Positions 20,452 through 35,113 of a stretch of DNA of 64,000 nucleotides are shown here, one piece after another. Under the pieces are notes generated by a model that made no database searches, was not told the DNA's origin, and was given only the letters and a program-made list of their open reading frames with translations. The DNA comes from Yuukianura sp. NJ FZ-2021 (Eukaryota). Position 1 is the first letter of the stretch. Each line of letters starts with the position of its first letter. A program made the position numbers and the translations under genes. The stretch covers positions 15,066,001-15,130,000 of the forward strand of contig CM102286.1 of the NCBI GenBank assembly GCA_046563655.1. Direction: 5' to 3'.

Positions 20452-23400
20452 CCAGGTTTGGCACACGGCGCATGTGCATACCGTGTATGCATTTTGGTCG
20501 GACATTGCGGTCATTTAAGTCGTTTCAGACATTTCAGACCAAAATTTGAAAAAGTGACCGAAACTGGGAACACTGGTTTAACCTTAACTACCAACAGATT
20601 TTTGTCTTTGCAGTACACAGAGCATGCGAAAGTGTGGGAATGAACCACTTGCAGTTTAGCAACTTTGAAAAATCGTAAAAAGTGTTGTTTTTTGGAAAGT
20701 TTTTTTTTTGTTGGTAAAAGTGTAGGGATTTAGGGATTTGCATGTAAATGAGTGAGAGAGACAATGGAAACCACAGAGGAAGAGAAAGCATCTGAAATGG
20801 AGATGTGTTCAAATGTGAGAATTAGAATTCAACAACACTGGCTCAAGCATGGAGCATGGCTAATTGGAAATCCCAAGCGATCCGCTTTCATCTTTAGCAC
20901 AAACTAAAACGCCCCGGGAAATCAAAACGAATTTGAATTTTCATCTTCACGACTTCAACAGTTCTCCAATTTCAGAAATCGAAATGACCAAACACGCTGG
21001 AAACGTCTGCAGGTTTTTCATTTCTTTAAACATGAATAAAAACTTCAATTTGTTTTTACTTTTTTTGAAACTGCAATTGGAGCTTTGTTTTTTTAAATTG
21101 GAAATTTCATTGCTGCTTTCAGTTGAAAGTGGCTGTGCTTTTACCTTGTAATTTCCAAAAGACGAAATCACTTCGATGGAACTTCAAACATTTCACACTT
21201 TCCCTTTTGTTTACTCAGGAAACTAGTTTCATTATGCTACAAAAACCCTACAACTTCCTCTTTCATTTATTCCAACTAACAGTGATCAACTTTTTTCAAA
21301 ATGTTTCAAATTTGAAAATATACATTTTAGAAAACGATTTGAGACTCAAAGTGTAATTTCCGTTCTGGAATTGTAAACTAATCAAATTATGTCACGTTTC
21401 TCATTACTCAATGTCCTCATATTCCGAATTCATTCGAAGCATGACACAGTTGAAACAAATTTAAACTAAACAGCAAATATAAAATTCAGCAGAACAAAAA
21501 ATGTTTTTAACTGTAGTGAGTTTTCGGAAGCTTTCACCGGAAGCCTAAGTGTTCGTGAATTATGAGTGAGTAAAAAGTGGTTTGTGGTGAAAGTGATTTG
21601 GATGGTGGAGGATAAGAATGTTGAGCTGACCATTCCTCTGCCAAATCGGATATGTCCGACTCCTCTATTATGAATGAGTCCATTTCGGATTATTTTCCAT
21701 GTAATGTCAGTGACCAGAGAAAGTGGAGACACAATTTGTGCTTTCTTCAGGGAAACGCAGTGGAGCAGAGGAGAATGGAGATGGAAGTATTTTCTACTTG
21801 GAAGATTCACAAAAGATTCCAATTAATTCATCCATCTTACCACAAAACACTATTTTACAATTCACAAATTTCAAAACTTCATCATCTTTCAGAAAAATTG
21901 GAAAATATTTTATCATCCCTCGAAATGAGATGAAAAGATATTAAGACTGAGAAACAATTTTTCAAAGTTTTCACTTTTTTAAACCCAAAAACGATCAGAA
22001 GAAGAAAAAATGTCCATTAAAATGGCCATCTCTGGTCTGAATTGGTTTCAATTTGTTCCGCCTGTCAGTTGGACATGATCAAAATGCTTCCTTTCCACCT
22101 CCACAGTGTCCATTAAGACAAAGTTACTCCCTCTTCCTGTCAAGCCTCACCAAACACCAATTTCAAACACAACCAAACTTCTTTTTAGAACAAAAACACT
22201 CCTGTTCAAAGTTTGTGCAAAAACGAACACGTTTAGGCCACCGATTTCTAAAAATTCAACTTCTTTTTAGAACTTTCTCTTTCGTTGCACTTTTGTTTCT
22301 GGTTAGGTTATTTTTGAATGGCTTTCCAAAAAGCTAATTTTTGTTAAACTGTTTGAACTTTCTTTGAAGCGGGAAAAGAGAGAAGTTGAGGAGTTAATTA
22401 CTGAAGAAAGGCCTGGAAGTTGTCACTGTCAGCCGCTTTTAGGAGAAAAGCAGAAGAACAGTCACAAGATTTCCCCTGGGCTTTGGCTTTTGGTCAAAGA
22501 AATAATTAAAACCAACGCACAAAATTCATTAACAAAAACCTCATCTTCAACTCTTCACTTTCCTTTTCAAATTGTTCCAAAATTGTCATTTTCATTCTAA
22601 TTTCTACTCAAAAGAATCTTCGTTTCAAAAAGTTTATTTTTCAAGAAGAATGTTAAAGGAAATACGTTGGACTTTTGAGTTTTGTAAAAAGCGTGTCTTG
22701 TTAAAGTGTCACCACTTTCTCTTTTGGAGGCCAATTAAACGCTTTCCTCCACCCTGGGGGGAGAGTTGTGCTAAAAGTGAAAGTGTGAAAGTGGCTCAAA
22801 TGAATTCGAAGACGACAGGAAACCGACAATAAATTTACCAAAAGTCTCCCCGGAACTAATGAAAATTCTTCTGCGCATGAAAACAAATTATCATAAAATT
22901 AAACTCTAATTCTAGTCTTTTCTTTAGTCGGCAACTTTTACCTTTTAGTCAATAAAATTTTTACAGAAAAGAGACAAAAAAAGACAAAGAACCAGAAAGT
23001 TTAACTTTTATTTTACACTTTGAAGTTTCCACGTTTAGGCAAAAAGACTAAAAAAAAGTTTTGATAAAATTTTTTCAGCTTGCTCTAGATTCTTGAAATA
23101 AAAATTTTGAAAACATTTTCGGATCTTGCAAGGGTTTTGTATGAGAAAATTGTTTTATTATTTACTATTGTCTGAGTTTCTTGTGTTCCTTGGAGATTGC
23201 TGAAGAAGAGAGCAATTTGAGTGTAAATTATGAAGAGATTTGAAGTTTTAGCAGTAGAAAGTTGTAGCATAAGGTGAAAGTTAAGGAAGTGCTCGGTGGG
23301 AGGTGTGAATGGGAGAGATTGCTTAGAGATTAGAATTGTGTTGATGGTGATGAGGAGAGGAAGATTCATATTTCATCCCTCCACTTTCTCCCACTTTCAC

Positions 23401-25864
23401 TTTTAAACTGCACAAAGTTACTCAAATTAAGAAACATTTTCAACATGAATCCTCATTCAGGCCCAAGATTACAACCATTAAAAATTCATTTCACCCTGCA
23501 CATGTTTTGTTAAGGGCATTACACCATAGTTACTCCCTCCATCCTCCAAATGACCCCAGAAAATATTCAACTGTTGAATTTCTAAACTCACAAAAAAGTA
23601 AAATAAAACACTAAAACTAAAAATTTCAGCGTTGCTTAACCTACTTTCCTAAAAGTCTGTTGCTAATTTTTGAGTTCCTCTCTCGGATTTAGGTTCTTTT
23701 GAAAACTTGTGCCCCTGAGACTCGTTGTTGAGAGCCTCATGTTGTACCTTACGTTAGGTTGGAGTCAGGATACATTAGGTTTGTTAGGCTGAAGTTGGGC
23801 TACGTTAGGTTGTGTGCCATTTCACGGTGGAGAGTCAGAAGATGGAAAGGTGCTTGAGACTTTTCCCATTTTGAGGGTGGGTTTTCAGCTTATTAGGTCC
23901 ATGATCTCCTTTCATCTTCTGTGCTCAGCCTCCCATTCAGCATCTCACTAATTAACTCACAGCATCTCCACCTCTCCAAATGGACCAATCAACCGCCAAT
24001 GGCTTAACACTACCAAATCGTCCACATAAAAACTACTCAAAAGTACGCTTTTACTCCTTCCAAAAGTCAAAAGTCGGCTTTCATTCCTGCTAAAAGTCAA
24101 ATTTCTAAAAGTTTAAGTCTTTTTTAAAAAAAAAAGTGGATGTGGGACGTTGAATGGAGAAAGTGGCGTTTAGTATGCGAGTGGGAGAAACATTTGTCAC
24201 ACGGAAGACAGCCTCTCTGCTTTCACTTCTCACACGAAACATTCAGGAAGGAAGACATTATCCAAACCACAAATCTAACAACTCTCAGTCACAGTACAAA
24301 AAAAAAGAACAAAAATCTCTGTTTCGAAATTTTGAAAAAAAAATGTTTTTGAAAAATGTAAATGGAGGTTTCTTGAGACAGAGGTAATTTTGAAAGTGTC
24401 ACATTGTTCATTACCCCAATCCAGAAAGTCACCGTTCATTTACAGTTTCTAAGCCATTAAAAACTTTTCGTCAAAAATTTTATGTTTTGCAATGTTTTTG
24501 TAATCTAAAGTTTTTTTCCCCCCAACTGACTACCATGGGTTGAAAATAGTTGCTGATTTTTTTTTTTTTTGTAAATTTCAAAATTCTTGCTGCTTTTGGA
24601 AGTTGTAGGAGAAAGTTGTGAAGAATTTATGACTTTTAGATTGAAGTGTTTTGTTTTGTTTTAAGTTGTGTTTAAATTTTAAGTTGTACTTAAGTTGTTT
24701 TTGAGGTTGGAGGAAGATGTATCATGTTCTTTGTGAGTAATCCGACACTTTAATTCCCACATTAACCCAACCTTCCTCTCAAGAAGGAACTTTAAATGGG
24801 ATCATCCATCATCACACCAACTTTCTCCCGCCTTCCACCGCAAAACTAAAAAATAAACAATATTTTATAACATTCTATAAAAAGTAAAACCCATAATCTG
24901 TAACTCTTAGATTGAAATGAAATGGATCCCAAAAAATTGGCACTAACCTTTGTACTTGGCTCCTCCTTTTGTAATGGATAACCTTAAGACGATGCTGCCA
25001 ATGTACTGAAAGATGCTGCCAGTATTGTCTTGTGCTGAAATTGATGTGTTCATCTCACCTTATCTCTTCTGCCCCACTGGACTTACATGTGAAAGAAAAT
25101 CCTCACTTTTTGAGCTTCCCAATAACTTTCTCCTCTTTTTTTCTAATCTCTCGCAATTTCCTCTCCCTTTTACCTCATGTATTCTCAAAAAATTATGACA
25201 TCAACAAAATAAAAATAACAAAAGTTAGGGTAACATTTTTTCTCAAAACACAATTCCTTCTACTTTTTCTTACAAAAAAAAAGTTACTACTTTGTCAAAA
25301 ACGAAAGAAAAGCAAGATCCTGATTTTGTTCAGGGTTAGTCAGGCCCCTTTTTTCTCCGCAGAGTGGGCATTACACTTTCTTTCTAAATTCGTACTTTAC
25401 ATTGTTGCTTATTGGTTTGAAAAAATCATTTTGAAAGAAAAGTGAAAATTTGGAAAAAAAGCAGAAATTTTCAAAATTGCTATAAATGTCTATTGGTTTA
25501 TTACGTTTTGATTAAAAGTTGTAGTAACGATATGACGAAAGAGGGTACAAGAGGGGGTTCCCTCTGAACCCCGTTACTACTGAACCCCGTTACCCCAGAA
25601 CCCTGGTTTCTGTTAATTTCCTGGTTTGCTTAGCTCAGAGTCAAATCCATTAGTGGGAACAAAAGATGGCGTGCTTGTAATAACGTGTCGGTGGAGGTTT
25701 TTATTGTTTCCTTGCACGCGGGAGTCTTTAAATCTTTCACTTTCCTTTCACTTGGACTTTTGCACAACATGCAAGGAAACGTAATCTACAAGGACATTAA
25801 TGACCAGGGTGGACTTTTCCTCTGATTTCACATAATCAGCTCCATGTACAAAGTGTTTGTGGAG

Positions 25865-27824
25865 TCACCGACAAACGTCGTTGTCTGCCACACAGTCTCC
25901 ATCCGGTGGGGCCAGGAACAGACGCCCCTTTTGGCAAATGCACACTTGGTACACCGTGGGACTGGAACTGGGTGGCTTCTGGTGGGTGGGGCCGGCAGTG
26001 GGTCTCCGCACTTTGGCGTAACTAACTGTCTCTAGTTTCGGCAGATAAATATTCGGAGCCTCCAAACTCACCTCAAAAATCAAAACTTTAACTTAAAACT
26101 TCAATTTTTTAAATTTTTTCCACTTTAAAATTTTTTTTTGTGTAGAATTTTCAAAAAGTTACCGTGCCACTCTGTGACATGAGTTTGAGGTCACAGAGCG
26201 CATGGGCACTGATGTCTCCTGCTCCAGAAACTAGGTTGACCCCGAACGTGCCGAAGATGTCGAGTGACCTCGTGGGAGACTCCAGTCTAGAAAATATAAT
26301 ATAATATATATAATTTAATGTAATAATTAAATAAAGTTAAGAAACATTGATGGAGCAGTATCTTTTGTTTCTTTGTGAGTGGCCAAACTTATTCCCATTG
26401 GGAAGTAATTTGAAACTCCCGCGAAATGTGATCTCTCCAACATCATCTTCTGCAGGGGGTGGGAGGGGGAGAGAATGGAGAAAGTTTGGGACTTTACCTC
26501 AGTTCGTAGCCAGACTCTGCTTTCACTTTCGGTGTTTGAAGAGAACCCCCGAAAATGGCACCCCCTTCACCTGATTTCGTCCAAATTTTGGTTTCAAAAT
26601 TTCACACAAAATTTCAAAATTTTGAATTTTGAAAAACGCATGAATTTCTATATATTCCTGACCTGTGACTGCAAGCGATTCGGCCCCAATGAGCACCTCC
26701 TTTTTATCTGCCGAGAAAAGCGTTTTGCCTTGACTGTCGCTGAATTTCACCGAAGACGAGGTCACGTCCAAGGACTTATCTCCTAACACAAAAGGTCAAT
26801 CAAGGTCAAAGGTCAAATTTCGTCAAGTCAAAGGTCAACTTACCAAGAAGTAGTTGGCTGACCAGTCTGCCACTGATTGACCTCGCACTCAAACTAATGT
26901 TTTTACTGCCCTCGATGTGGATTGGCTGGCCCTTCCTGGAACGAATTTTTGAAGCGATGAGTTTGTCCAGTACTACTGCTTCACCCCGCAACTGAATTCC
27001 GCCAGCCAGAACTTTCATAGGTCCAAGTCCATTCTAAACGAAAACTTCTTTTTAAAAATTCCAAAAAACTCTGAAACTTCGGAAATTTTTAAACAGATTC
27101 AAAAAAGTTGTCAACCACCTTCGTTTGCTATTCTTTTGAGGAGTAAATTAGTTTTGGAGTGTCTGTGAATGAGGAGAAAGTGAAGTGAAAGTGTTGAATT
27201 TGTTTTGAATTTACGCGCTCCATAGGATTCCAATGGAATTGAGAATCTGAATGGAGTCTTTCTATGTTTTCTAAGAAACTCCGATTTGTGTGGAGGAAAT
27301 GGAATCAGTCAAAAGAAAACAAACTCCGCCGGCACAGGAGGGAACGCCAAGCTTTAATCTTTTAAATTACAATTTCAAACCTCCCGCCTCACATTCCTTC
27401 ACTTTAGAAATAATACGACCAAATTTTTGAACAAAAAAAAAACCATCTACATTCACTTTTCCTTGATTTTCTGCTTGTAAGATTCTAAACCCACCGATTT
27501 TTTAGTAAAACAGTTGGAATTAAAAAAGTAGAAATGGTAAGCCGTAAATTGTAAAAATGTAAATGTAAATGTAAAAACGTAAATGTAAATGTAAAAATTT
27601 AAATAATAACGTACTGTAGAGAATTCCAGAACTTTGAGTATCCACAGCGTAAGTGTGAGGTTGAGAATGACGAATGCGAGTAGAATGGTGACGACGACGA
27701 GGAGACAACGTCGCTTCCAGCCGTACAGGCCCAAGTGACAGCCATTTCTGTACTGATCCAGCAGTCGCTTGTCTCTTTCTGAACTGAGCCACTCCGAACC
27801 AGCATCACTCCTCCGACTCATCAT
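25865..27824 (-). CDS. Sarcoglycan (gamma/delta/zeta family), about 5 coding exons; start uncertain
   Basis: LGLYGWKRRCL...ILNLTLTLWILKVLEFS transmembrane segment, GKTLFSADKKEVLIGAESLAV, and Cys-rich C-terminus VYQVCICQKGRLFLAPPDGDC...C. Confidence 0.88.
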
Positions 27825-30800
27825 TAATCTGTTCAAACAGCACCATTTTTAAAACAAAGTGAGAACCTGAGATTGAATTTTGAAAATTAGATTTTTATCA
27901 AAACATAAAGTTGGAGAGACAAGGTTGTAAATTGAGTTGGATCGAACTGTGCTTTCTCTCTTTCAGAGATCAACTTTCTCCAGCAGCTGCTTAAGGACGA
28001 AGGAAATTGGCCATTTCCTCCGTCGATTGAATATGAGAAGGCACAAAGTGAATGAAATCTAAAAGAGAGTTTCTGTAAGAAGACTTTCTGCACAAGAGTT
28101 TCAAAATGGACTCGTAAAATTTTAGAATCTTTTCACTAAAGTTTACAATCTCCTTTCAGAATTTCAACCTTTTCCGTTTCCTGTCTCAAAAAGTGCAATT
28201 TAGAAACTGTTCTCTTCTATTTTTTGAAAAGTGTTTTTTTAAAAGTGAAAGTGTGAGTTTTGCATATGAATGTGTTGGATGAATGGGAGTTTTATTTGCG
28301 GGAGATTTGAAGTATGTTGGGGAGTCATTTGGAGACAAAACAAAGTTTATCTTGGCAAATGCTCTCTCCCGGGTGAAAGTTTGAATAAATCAAACTTCAG
28401 TTCATGTTCACTTTCATGTTCAAACACAACCTGTTGGACACACAACAAAAACATAAAACTCACTTTTTGTTTTATGATTCAAATAATGGCGCTTCTAAAA
28501 CTAAAACGCTTCACTTTATTTTCATGACTTTTAGTTGCATTTTAAACACACTCATTAAACTCTCGCCAAAATGCATAAACTTTTCAAAATATTAAAATTT
28601 TGGAGAGTTGTGGCTAAATCCGGCGTTTTACTTTGTGTTCCTTTAGTTTTTGAACTGACGAACTTAAGTTTTTTGTAAGTTTGAATTTTTTTTGAAATGA
28701 CATGATTTATTTTAAACTGAAAGTCAATAAGTTCCGTGTGTTGCCTTGTGCCGTGTCAAAGGTTGTTATTTTGTGATGTGAAAAATATTGACATGTCGCT
28801 GCGACATTGTCGCTGGAGGAACAAATTGGAAGCATCTGGCGACACTGCCTCCTGCCACCCTCCGTCTCCCGAACAAACTCTTATTCAATTTGACACAAAT
28901 CTCATTTCAAATTCCCTCTCTTTTTTCAAAAAAAAAAGAAAGGTAATTGACCTTTGACCTCCCACTGACCAAGTACCGTAAATCCACAAATACATGGTGT
29001 GTCAAGGAAAAAAGAATCTATTGTTTTAGTTTTTTTGAGATGATGACAAAAGTGAGTGACTAGAAACGAAAATCTCCCGGGATACAGTGGAAAAGATGAG
29101 TTTTAGTTTTAGTCGGAGAGGTTCGAATCCACTCAAAACTCTTCTTTTTTTGTAAAAAGTGGAAACTTTTGTGTAACTTTTTAATTGCATCTCCCCAGGG
29201 GAAGTGGGATGTGTGAGGAAAGTATTTAATGACGATCCGTATCTCCTCGATGAGTCTTAAAAAGGAATTACAAAACCTGAAAACTTTTCTTTTCAACACG
29301 CTTTTTAAAACTCGATTCCAGAAAAAAATCCTTTCATCTCGCCGCTCCTAAACTTTGTTTCCACTTTTGTTCAAATTGACAATTTTTAGAAACATGTATC
29401 CGAAAATACAATTTTCAAAAAACAACACTTTTGAACACAACGTAGAAATTCCAAATTTCTCAACTTTTCAGTTTTTTTTTTGTTCTAATTGTTAGACACT
29501 TCTCGCTTCAAATTTTTTTGTACCACTTTTTTTTGAATTTTTTTTTGAAGTTGTAGCGGGCGGGTCCGACAAGATCTTGGTCATAAATCGCTGTAGGACT
29601 TAAGAATTGACATGAAAGTGAAAGTCTCATGAAACATGGAACTGCACACTTTCTCCAGAAACAAGGAAATTCCAAGTTCAAAAGATCCCGCTTCATTTCA
29701 AAATCCCGCCATTTGGTATGCCTCTGCAGAACACATTTGTCACTCCACCTCCACCTCTTTCTCTCTTTTTAAAAAAAGCCTGTTCTAAAAAGGAATTAAG
29801 ATTTAAAAAATCTGAACCAATTGATTTGAAACTCACGCTCTCTCTCGAATGTGTCTAGAATGTCCATTGCTTTCTAATTGGATGAATCGGAGAGTGAGTG
29901 GCCCAACTTAGAAACTACGCACTTACAAGTATTTTAGTGGATTGTCCCACCGGGAGAAAGTGTTAGAGTTGAGCGCCACTTTTTTAAATTCCACTCCACA
30001 GTTGAACATCAATTCTCAGGAGACACAACACTAACCAACCAACACTCACGTACCACTTCCCGGGTCTCTCGCGGGAACAAAACGTCCATTTGAAAAAGAG
30101 GAACCATCAGCAGTTTTTGCATTTTCAAAAAAACATTCCCGGAATACTTAAACCTTTGCCGCACCTTAGGAGGTGCGGCATGAACATGTTAGATGTAACA
30201 TGTCAATTTCAAAAAAAAGAAAGAAGAAAAACGATTTTTTTTTGAAAATGAAAAGAGTAGTTGTACAAGGTGTTCTTATGTTTCATATTAATTGGTGTGA
30301 GTTGGGCAGTAATTATTTGTGAGAGGAAGTGAAAGTGAGATGGAGAAACTACGATAAAAATGGGAGCAAAGCCCTCAAAGGCGCCAAGGAGAAAAACCAC
30401 CCTCCAGAGAAACATGGATCTTTGACTGTAGTGGCCTTAACAATTCTACTTTTCTCCTTAGCGGTGCACAACTCTAAACCTCCTTTCCTTTTCTCCTGAA
30501 CGGTGCACAACTCCAAAGCTCTTTGTGGCCGCACATGACTCTCATTTCCTTTGACAAGATCCGCCAACAGTAAGTAAAAAGGAATTTGTCCGGCTTGGGA
30601 ACAAGTTCTTATCAGAGAAGTGCAGGAGAAAGGAATTGTAAAGAATTTTATTAGCACACCAAAATCACTTTCTCCAACACGATTTCATAACCTTAACAGA
30701 AAAAAAACATAACATGAACATAAAAGAATTTAACAAAGTCAAGTGGTCAGAGAAAACTTATTGCTTTCACCTCTGCTTCCGTCTACCGTCTACTTCAAAG

Positions 30801-32937
30801 AAGTTTCCTAATTTGTTTTTCTTTTGTAATTTTTTTTATATATTAAAACTTAAAAAAAATCATTTTTTCTTACCTTTTGTTCTAATTTTAAGATTTCTTC
30901 ATCTTCTTAATCTTTTCTTTTGGAAATCCGTTTTAGATTTTTGTTGTTAAAATTCCTCGAAATTTATCGGAAATTAATTTTGAAGAAAAACCAACATGGG
31001 CAAGATGGCAACTACTCCATTTTTTGTGAAAAATTTGTTATACTTTTCAAAAAATTTTCAAACGGCTTTGAAATATTTTTGAAACACTAATATTTTTACT
31101 GAGAGCAAAAGAAGAGACGTGGATGGCGTTTGAGTGAAAGTGGAGAACTGAGCAGAAATCGAGGGAGAAAGTTCCTTTTTCTACCCAAAATCCACAAATT
31201 CCGTTCACCCTTTGGGGGAAAACCAAAATTTCCAAAAGTACCTTCCCACAAACCCTTGCTTTCAGAATTTGAAAATTATGAATTGGAATTCATCATAAAG
31301 TAAATATTATTGTGTACTTGTGCTTGATGGTGATTGACATTTGACATTTGTCCAATCAGTGAAAGTGACACTGGACACTGACTAAAGCACAGACTGTCAC
31401 TGTCACTATGTCAATTTCACTTTGACACACTGACACTCCTCAAATCATTAAAATCACTTTTCATATTTTGGATTCAAGAGTTTCGAAAATAGCCAAGGGT
31501 GACCTTTACAGGTCACAGGTCACAGAGATTCAAAATTTCATGAAAAAGTATTTGAATTTTTTTTTAAATTTTTGAAATTCGATTACGAACAGATGCCGAG
31601 AAGAGTTGAGCAGGTTGCTGGTGGACATAAATTTCCATCCTCCGTCCAATTTCCCTGTGTCGAATCTCCATTTTGAAATGGGTTTTTGAAATTATTTAAA
31701 GTTTCCCTCTCTCATTTCGTTGACTGATTTAGTGTAAATCCAAAATGGTCCAATTCACACTTTCTCTTTAGGAGGAAATGGAGAGGCTCATTTTTCAATT
31801 GGATTTCCATCCAGGGCTCTTTTAAATTTCAGTCTAAGCTTTTTATGAGAGGGAGCGTGCGGAAGAGACAAATTGAGGGATTTGTTCTAGAAATGCAGGA
31901 GCTATTTGAACAGTGTTTGAACAGAGCACTTCACATGTAACAGTCTTTGCTTTTAGTTCTAAGGGGTCAGTGGCCCCTTAAGGGTCACCTAATGGAAACT
32001 CAAAGGGTACACGACGTGAGGCTCAATGGAACTCAAATGAGCAGGTTTTGGAAGAAAAGAGAAAGTAGGAAGTGGTAATGAATTTGGAATTCCTTTGACA
32101 ATTGGTGAGGCGGCAACTCCGGTGGGAATTTGACTTTCTCCAGATGAAGAATTAACGGAGAGACACAAAGGACAAAGTCACAACACAATTAACCACACTC
32201 TCCTTACTTTCTCTTTTCTTACTTTCTTACTTCTCCTGTCATCTTGACTTTCTTTTGGAAAGAGAACCTCATTTCCTTCCACATGGACTCATCCCACACT
32301 TATTTATTAACTACACAATTAAATTAGGCTCCCATCCATCTTCACGACTCCATCTTACCACTGAACTTTAGCAGTTCAGTTGAAAAAGTATACATTTTTA
32401 TAGTAAGTTTTAAGTTCTAAATGCGTTTGGATACAAATTACTTTTAAATACAATGATTTTTTAGTTTAATTTACAATTTAAGTTAGTAACCAAAGGAGAA
32501 AGTGGAGAAAGTTGATTATTGTTCTAAACATTTTGAGGCATTTTTTTTACGTCTCACTTTGGCTTTTGACTTTTGTCAACATTTGAATTTTGTACGCGGG
32601 AATACTTTCAGGTCTGTCATCTGTTTTTTTTTTGAAAATTTTAATGTTTAGCTTTTGAATTAGTAATTTGGGAATTGTGTTTAAACTTAAAGTTTTATGT
32701 TAATTAGGTAATCGATCATACGTTCTTGAAGAGTTGCTGTCAGAAGATAGGAAGATACCGACTGGACGCTCCTGCCAAACGATTTGCCAATTTTCAAAAC
32801 GTTTTGAAAATTGCATCATCCAGCTGCAAATCACTTATTAGGACGTAAGTAAGTAAGTAGCGTATAAATTCTGCACAATTTATATTGTTTACCAAAGGTA
32901 TCGAAGATCTGACATAATTTTTGGTTCAGATTTGGAG

Positions 32938-35113
32938 ATGTTTGTGGCAGTAGTTGGATGTACTCATGGAGAAATCGACAAAATCTTCGAGGTGGTTGGA
33001 GCGATTGAAGAGAAACGAGGAATCAAAGTGTCCTTGGTCCTTTGTTGCGGGGACTTCCAAAGTGTGAGGAACATGACTGATCTCCGCTGCATGGCATGTC
33101 CAATCAAGTACCAACAAATGCATGACTTCCACAGGTAATCAGTTCACAATCATCACTTCATCATTAATTACCAGTTGTAATGTTGACTTTGTGTTGCAGG
33201 TATTACAGTGGAGAGAAGGTGGCTCCGATTCCTTTGATCTTCATCGGTGGCAACCACGAAGCTTCCAACTACCTTCAAGAGCTTCCTTACGGCGGATGGG
33301 TGGCTCCCAACATCTTCTTCCTCGGAACAAACATTATTCGAGTAGGATCTGTTCGTATTGGTGGTATCTCTGGAATCTTCAAGGGCCACGACTACTTGCA
33401 AGGCAAGTTCGAGTGTCCACCATACACAGACAGAAGTATTCGAAGTGTCTACCACTACAGAAACCTGGACACTTTTCGGCTCAAACAGGTAAGTGTCGTT
33501 CTAATTAAGAAGTTGTGGTTTTAGACAGAACGTTTAACTTTCGTTTTTGATTTTAGGTAAAGAGCAAGATTGACATCTTTCTGTCACACGATTGGCCACT
33601 CAACATTCACAGATATGGAGACACACTCATGCTGCTTCGCAAGAAACCATTTTTTAGGTAAACTTTAATTTTTTTGAAAACATTTTTCATCAGATTTTTC
33701 ATGAGGTATATTTTTCATATTTTTTATTTATTTTTGTAGACAGGAGATGGAGAATGGAACTCTGGGAAGTCAGCCGCTGGAGCAACTTTTGCATCACCTT
33801 CAACCATCATACTGGTTCTCAGCACACATGCATGTAGCTTTTAGCGCTGTTGTTGGACATGATGAAAAGGTCACGGAGGTCACTGAAAGTGGACCAAAAG
33901 TGACCAAGTTCCTGGCTCTGGACAAGTCATTACCAGGACGTCACTTCCTCCAGATCCTGGAGATTCCAAATGCAGAAGAAGAGATGAAGTTCCAGTATGA
34001 TCCAGAGTGGCTTGCCATTTTGAGATACACCAACTCCTTGTTGAGTGTCAAAAGCAATACGTGCTACATGCCTGGTCCTAATTCCATCGGAGACAGGTAC
34101 ACTTTCAGGAATTTTACAAATTTTCCACATTTCAACTCAAAATGCTGAAATTTTATGCACAGGCATGACTTTTGTCCGACAGACGAAGAAATTGGAGAGA
34201 TTGTGAAGTTAGCCGATGGAAATCTGGAGATTCCGCTTAACTTTGTCCAGACTGCTCCCCCTTATGAACCCGGTGAAAAACCCACAACTGCTTACCCACT
34301 GGTACACAAAATCTCAATAGAATTAACAATTTTAGATGGATTGACTCTGACTGAAATTGAATTGTTAATTTTCAGGAGAATCCGCAGACAACCGTCTTTT
34401 GTGATAAATGGAGTCTGTCTGACCCTGTTCGCCTTCTGCCTGGCTATGTCAATGGACTGGGCAGCGGTCAATGGGAAAATGGTTCACCGGATGCTTTCGT
34501 TGAATTCAGATCAGACATTGACCAAGAACCAAACACAAACTCTGGATCACTGGGAAAAACTACTGGATTTACAAGGGTACAAGGTTTATAACATCCTAAC
34601 TTCACTAAATTCAATTGAAAATTGGCACAAAAGAAACATTTTACGAATCTTTTTTAAAAAATGTTTCATTACCATTTTGGATTTGGAAAATATTTTGTTT
34701 CGATTGGAGCAATGGAGCATATTGTGCAATTTCAATTGGGCAATTTCTTGACAAAATATAATCACGTGGATTTTTTTTTTGCTTAGAGTACTTTCAATCC
34801 GGATGAGATTTCTCTGGAAGAGGATGATGATGCTGAAGATTCAGAAGCAGTAGGACAGTCCAGTCGATCCAAAATGAATCTGCCACTGCCAGTACACGAA
34901 GGTCACGCAGAAGATGAACAAAATGCAGCATTTGGAACTAAAGAAGACGAAGCTCTGAAGTTCTTGACCTCTTCTTTCGAGGTCAACTCCACTGAGCCAC
35001 TCTTCGTCCTGGACACAGTAGGGGCCGAACCAACCGGAAAGCGACGTCGCAGAAACTGGAATGCGGAGGAAAACTCATCCGAAGACGAATCCAGCGAGAG
35101 TTTTCCCTTGTAG
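32938..35113 (+). CDS. DBR1: RNA lariat debranching enzyme, multi-exon
   Basis: [65 protein letters not shown] motifs. Confidence 0.95.

Larger units (their letters stand above)
12025..20575. mobile_element. hAT-type MITE (~280 bp before disruption) split by the LTR retrotransposon
   Basis: TIRs cagtgttcccagtttcagtcact (12025) and agtgaccgaaactgggaacactg (ends 20575), one mismatch; 8-bp duplication gtttaacc at 12017-12024 and 20576-20583. Confidence 0.9.

Noticed and set aside
20590..25800. Many short ORFs in the AT-rich stretch
   Set aside because: F/K/L-rich translations typical of non-coding DNA, with no motifs or consistent splice structure.
34155..34751. 198-aa ORF as a separate gene
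   Set aside because: It starts in a DBR1 exon and reads through an intron and an off-frame exon.
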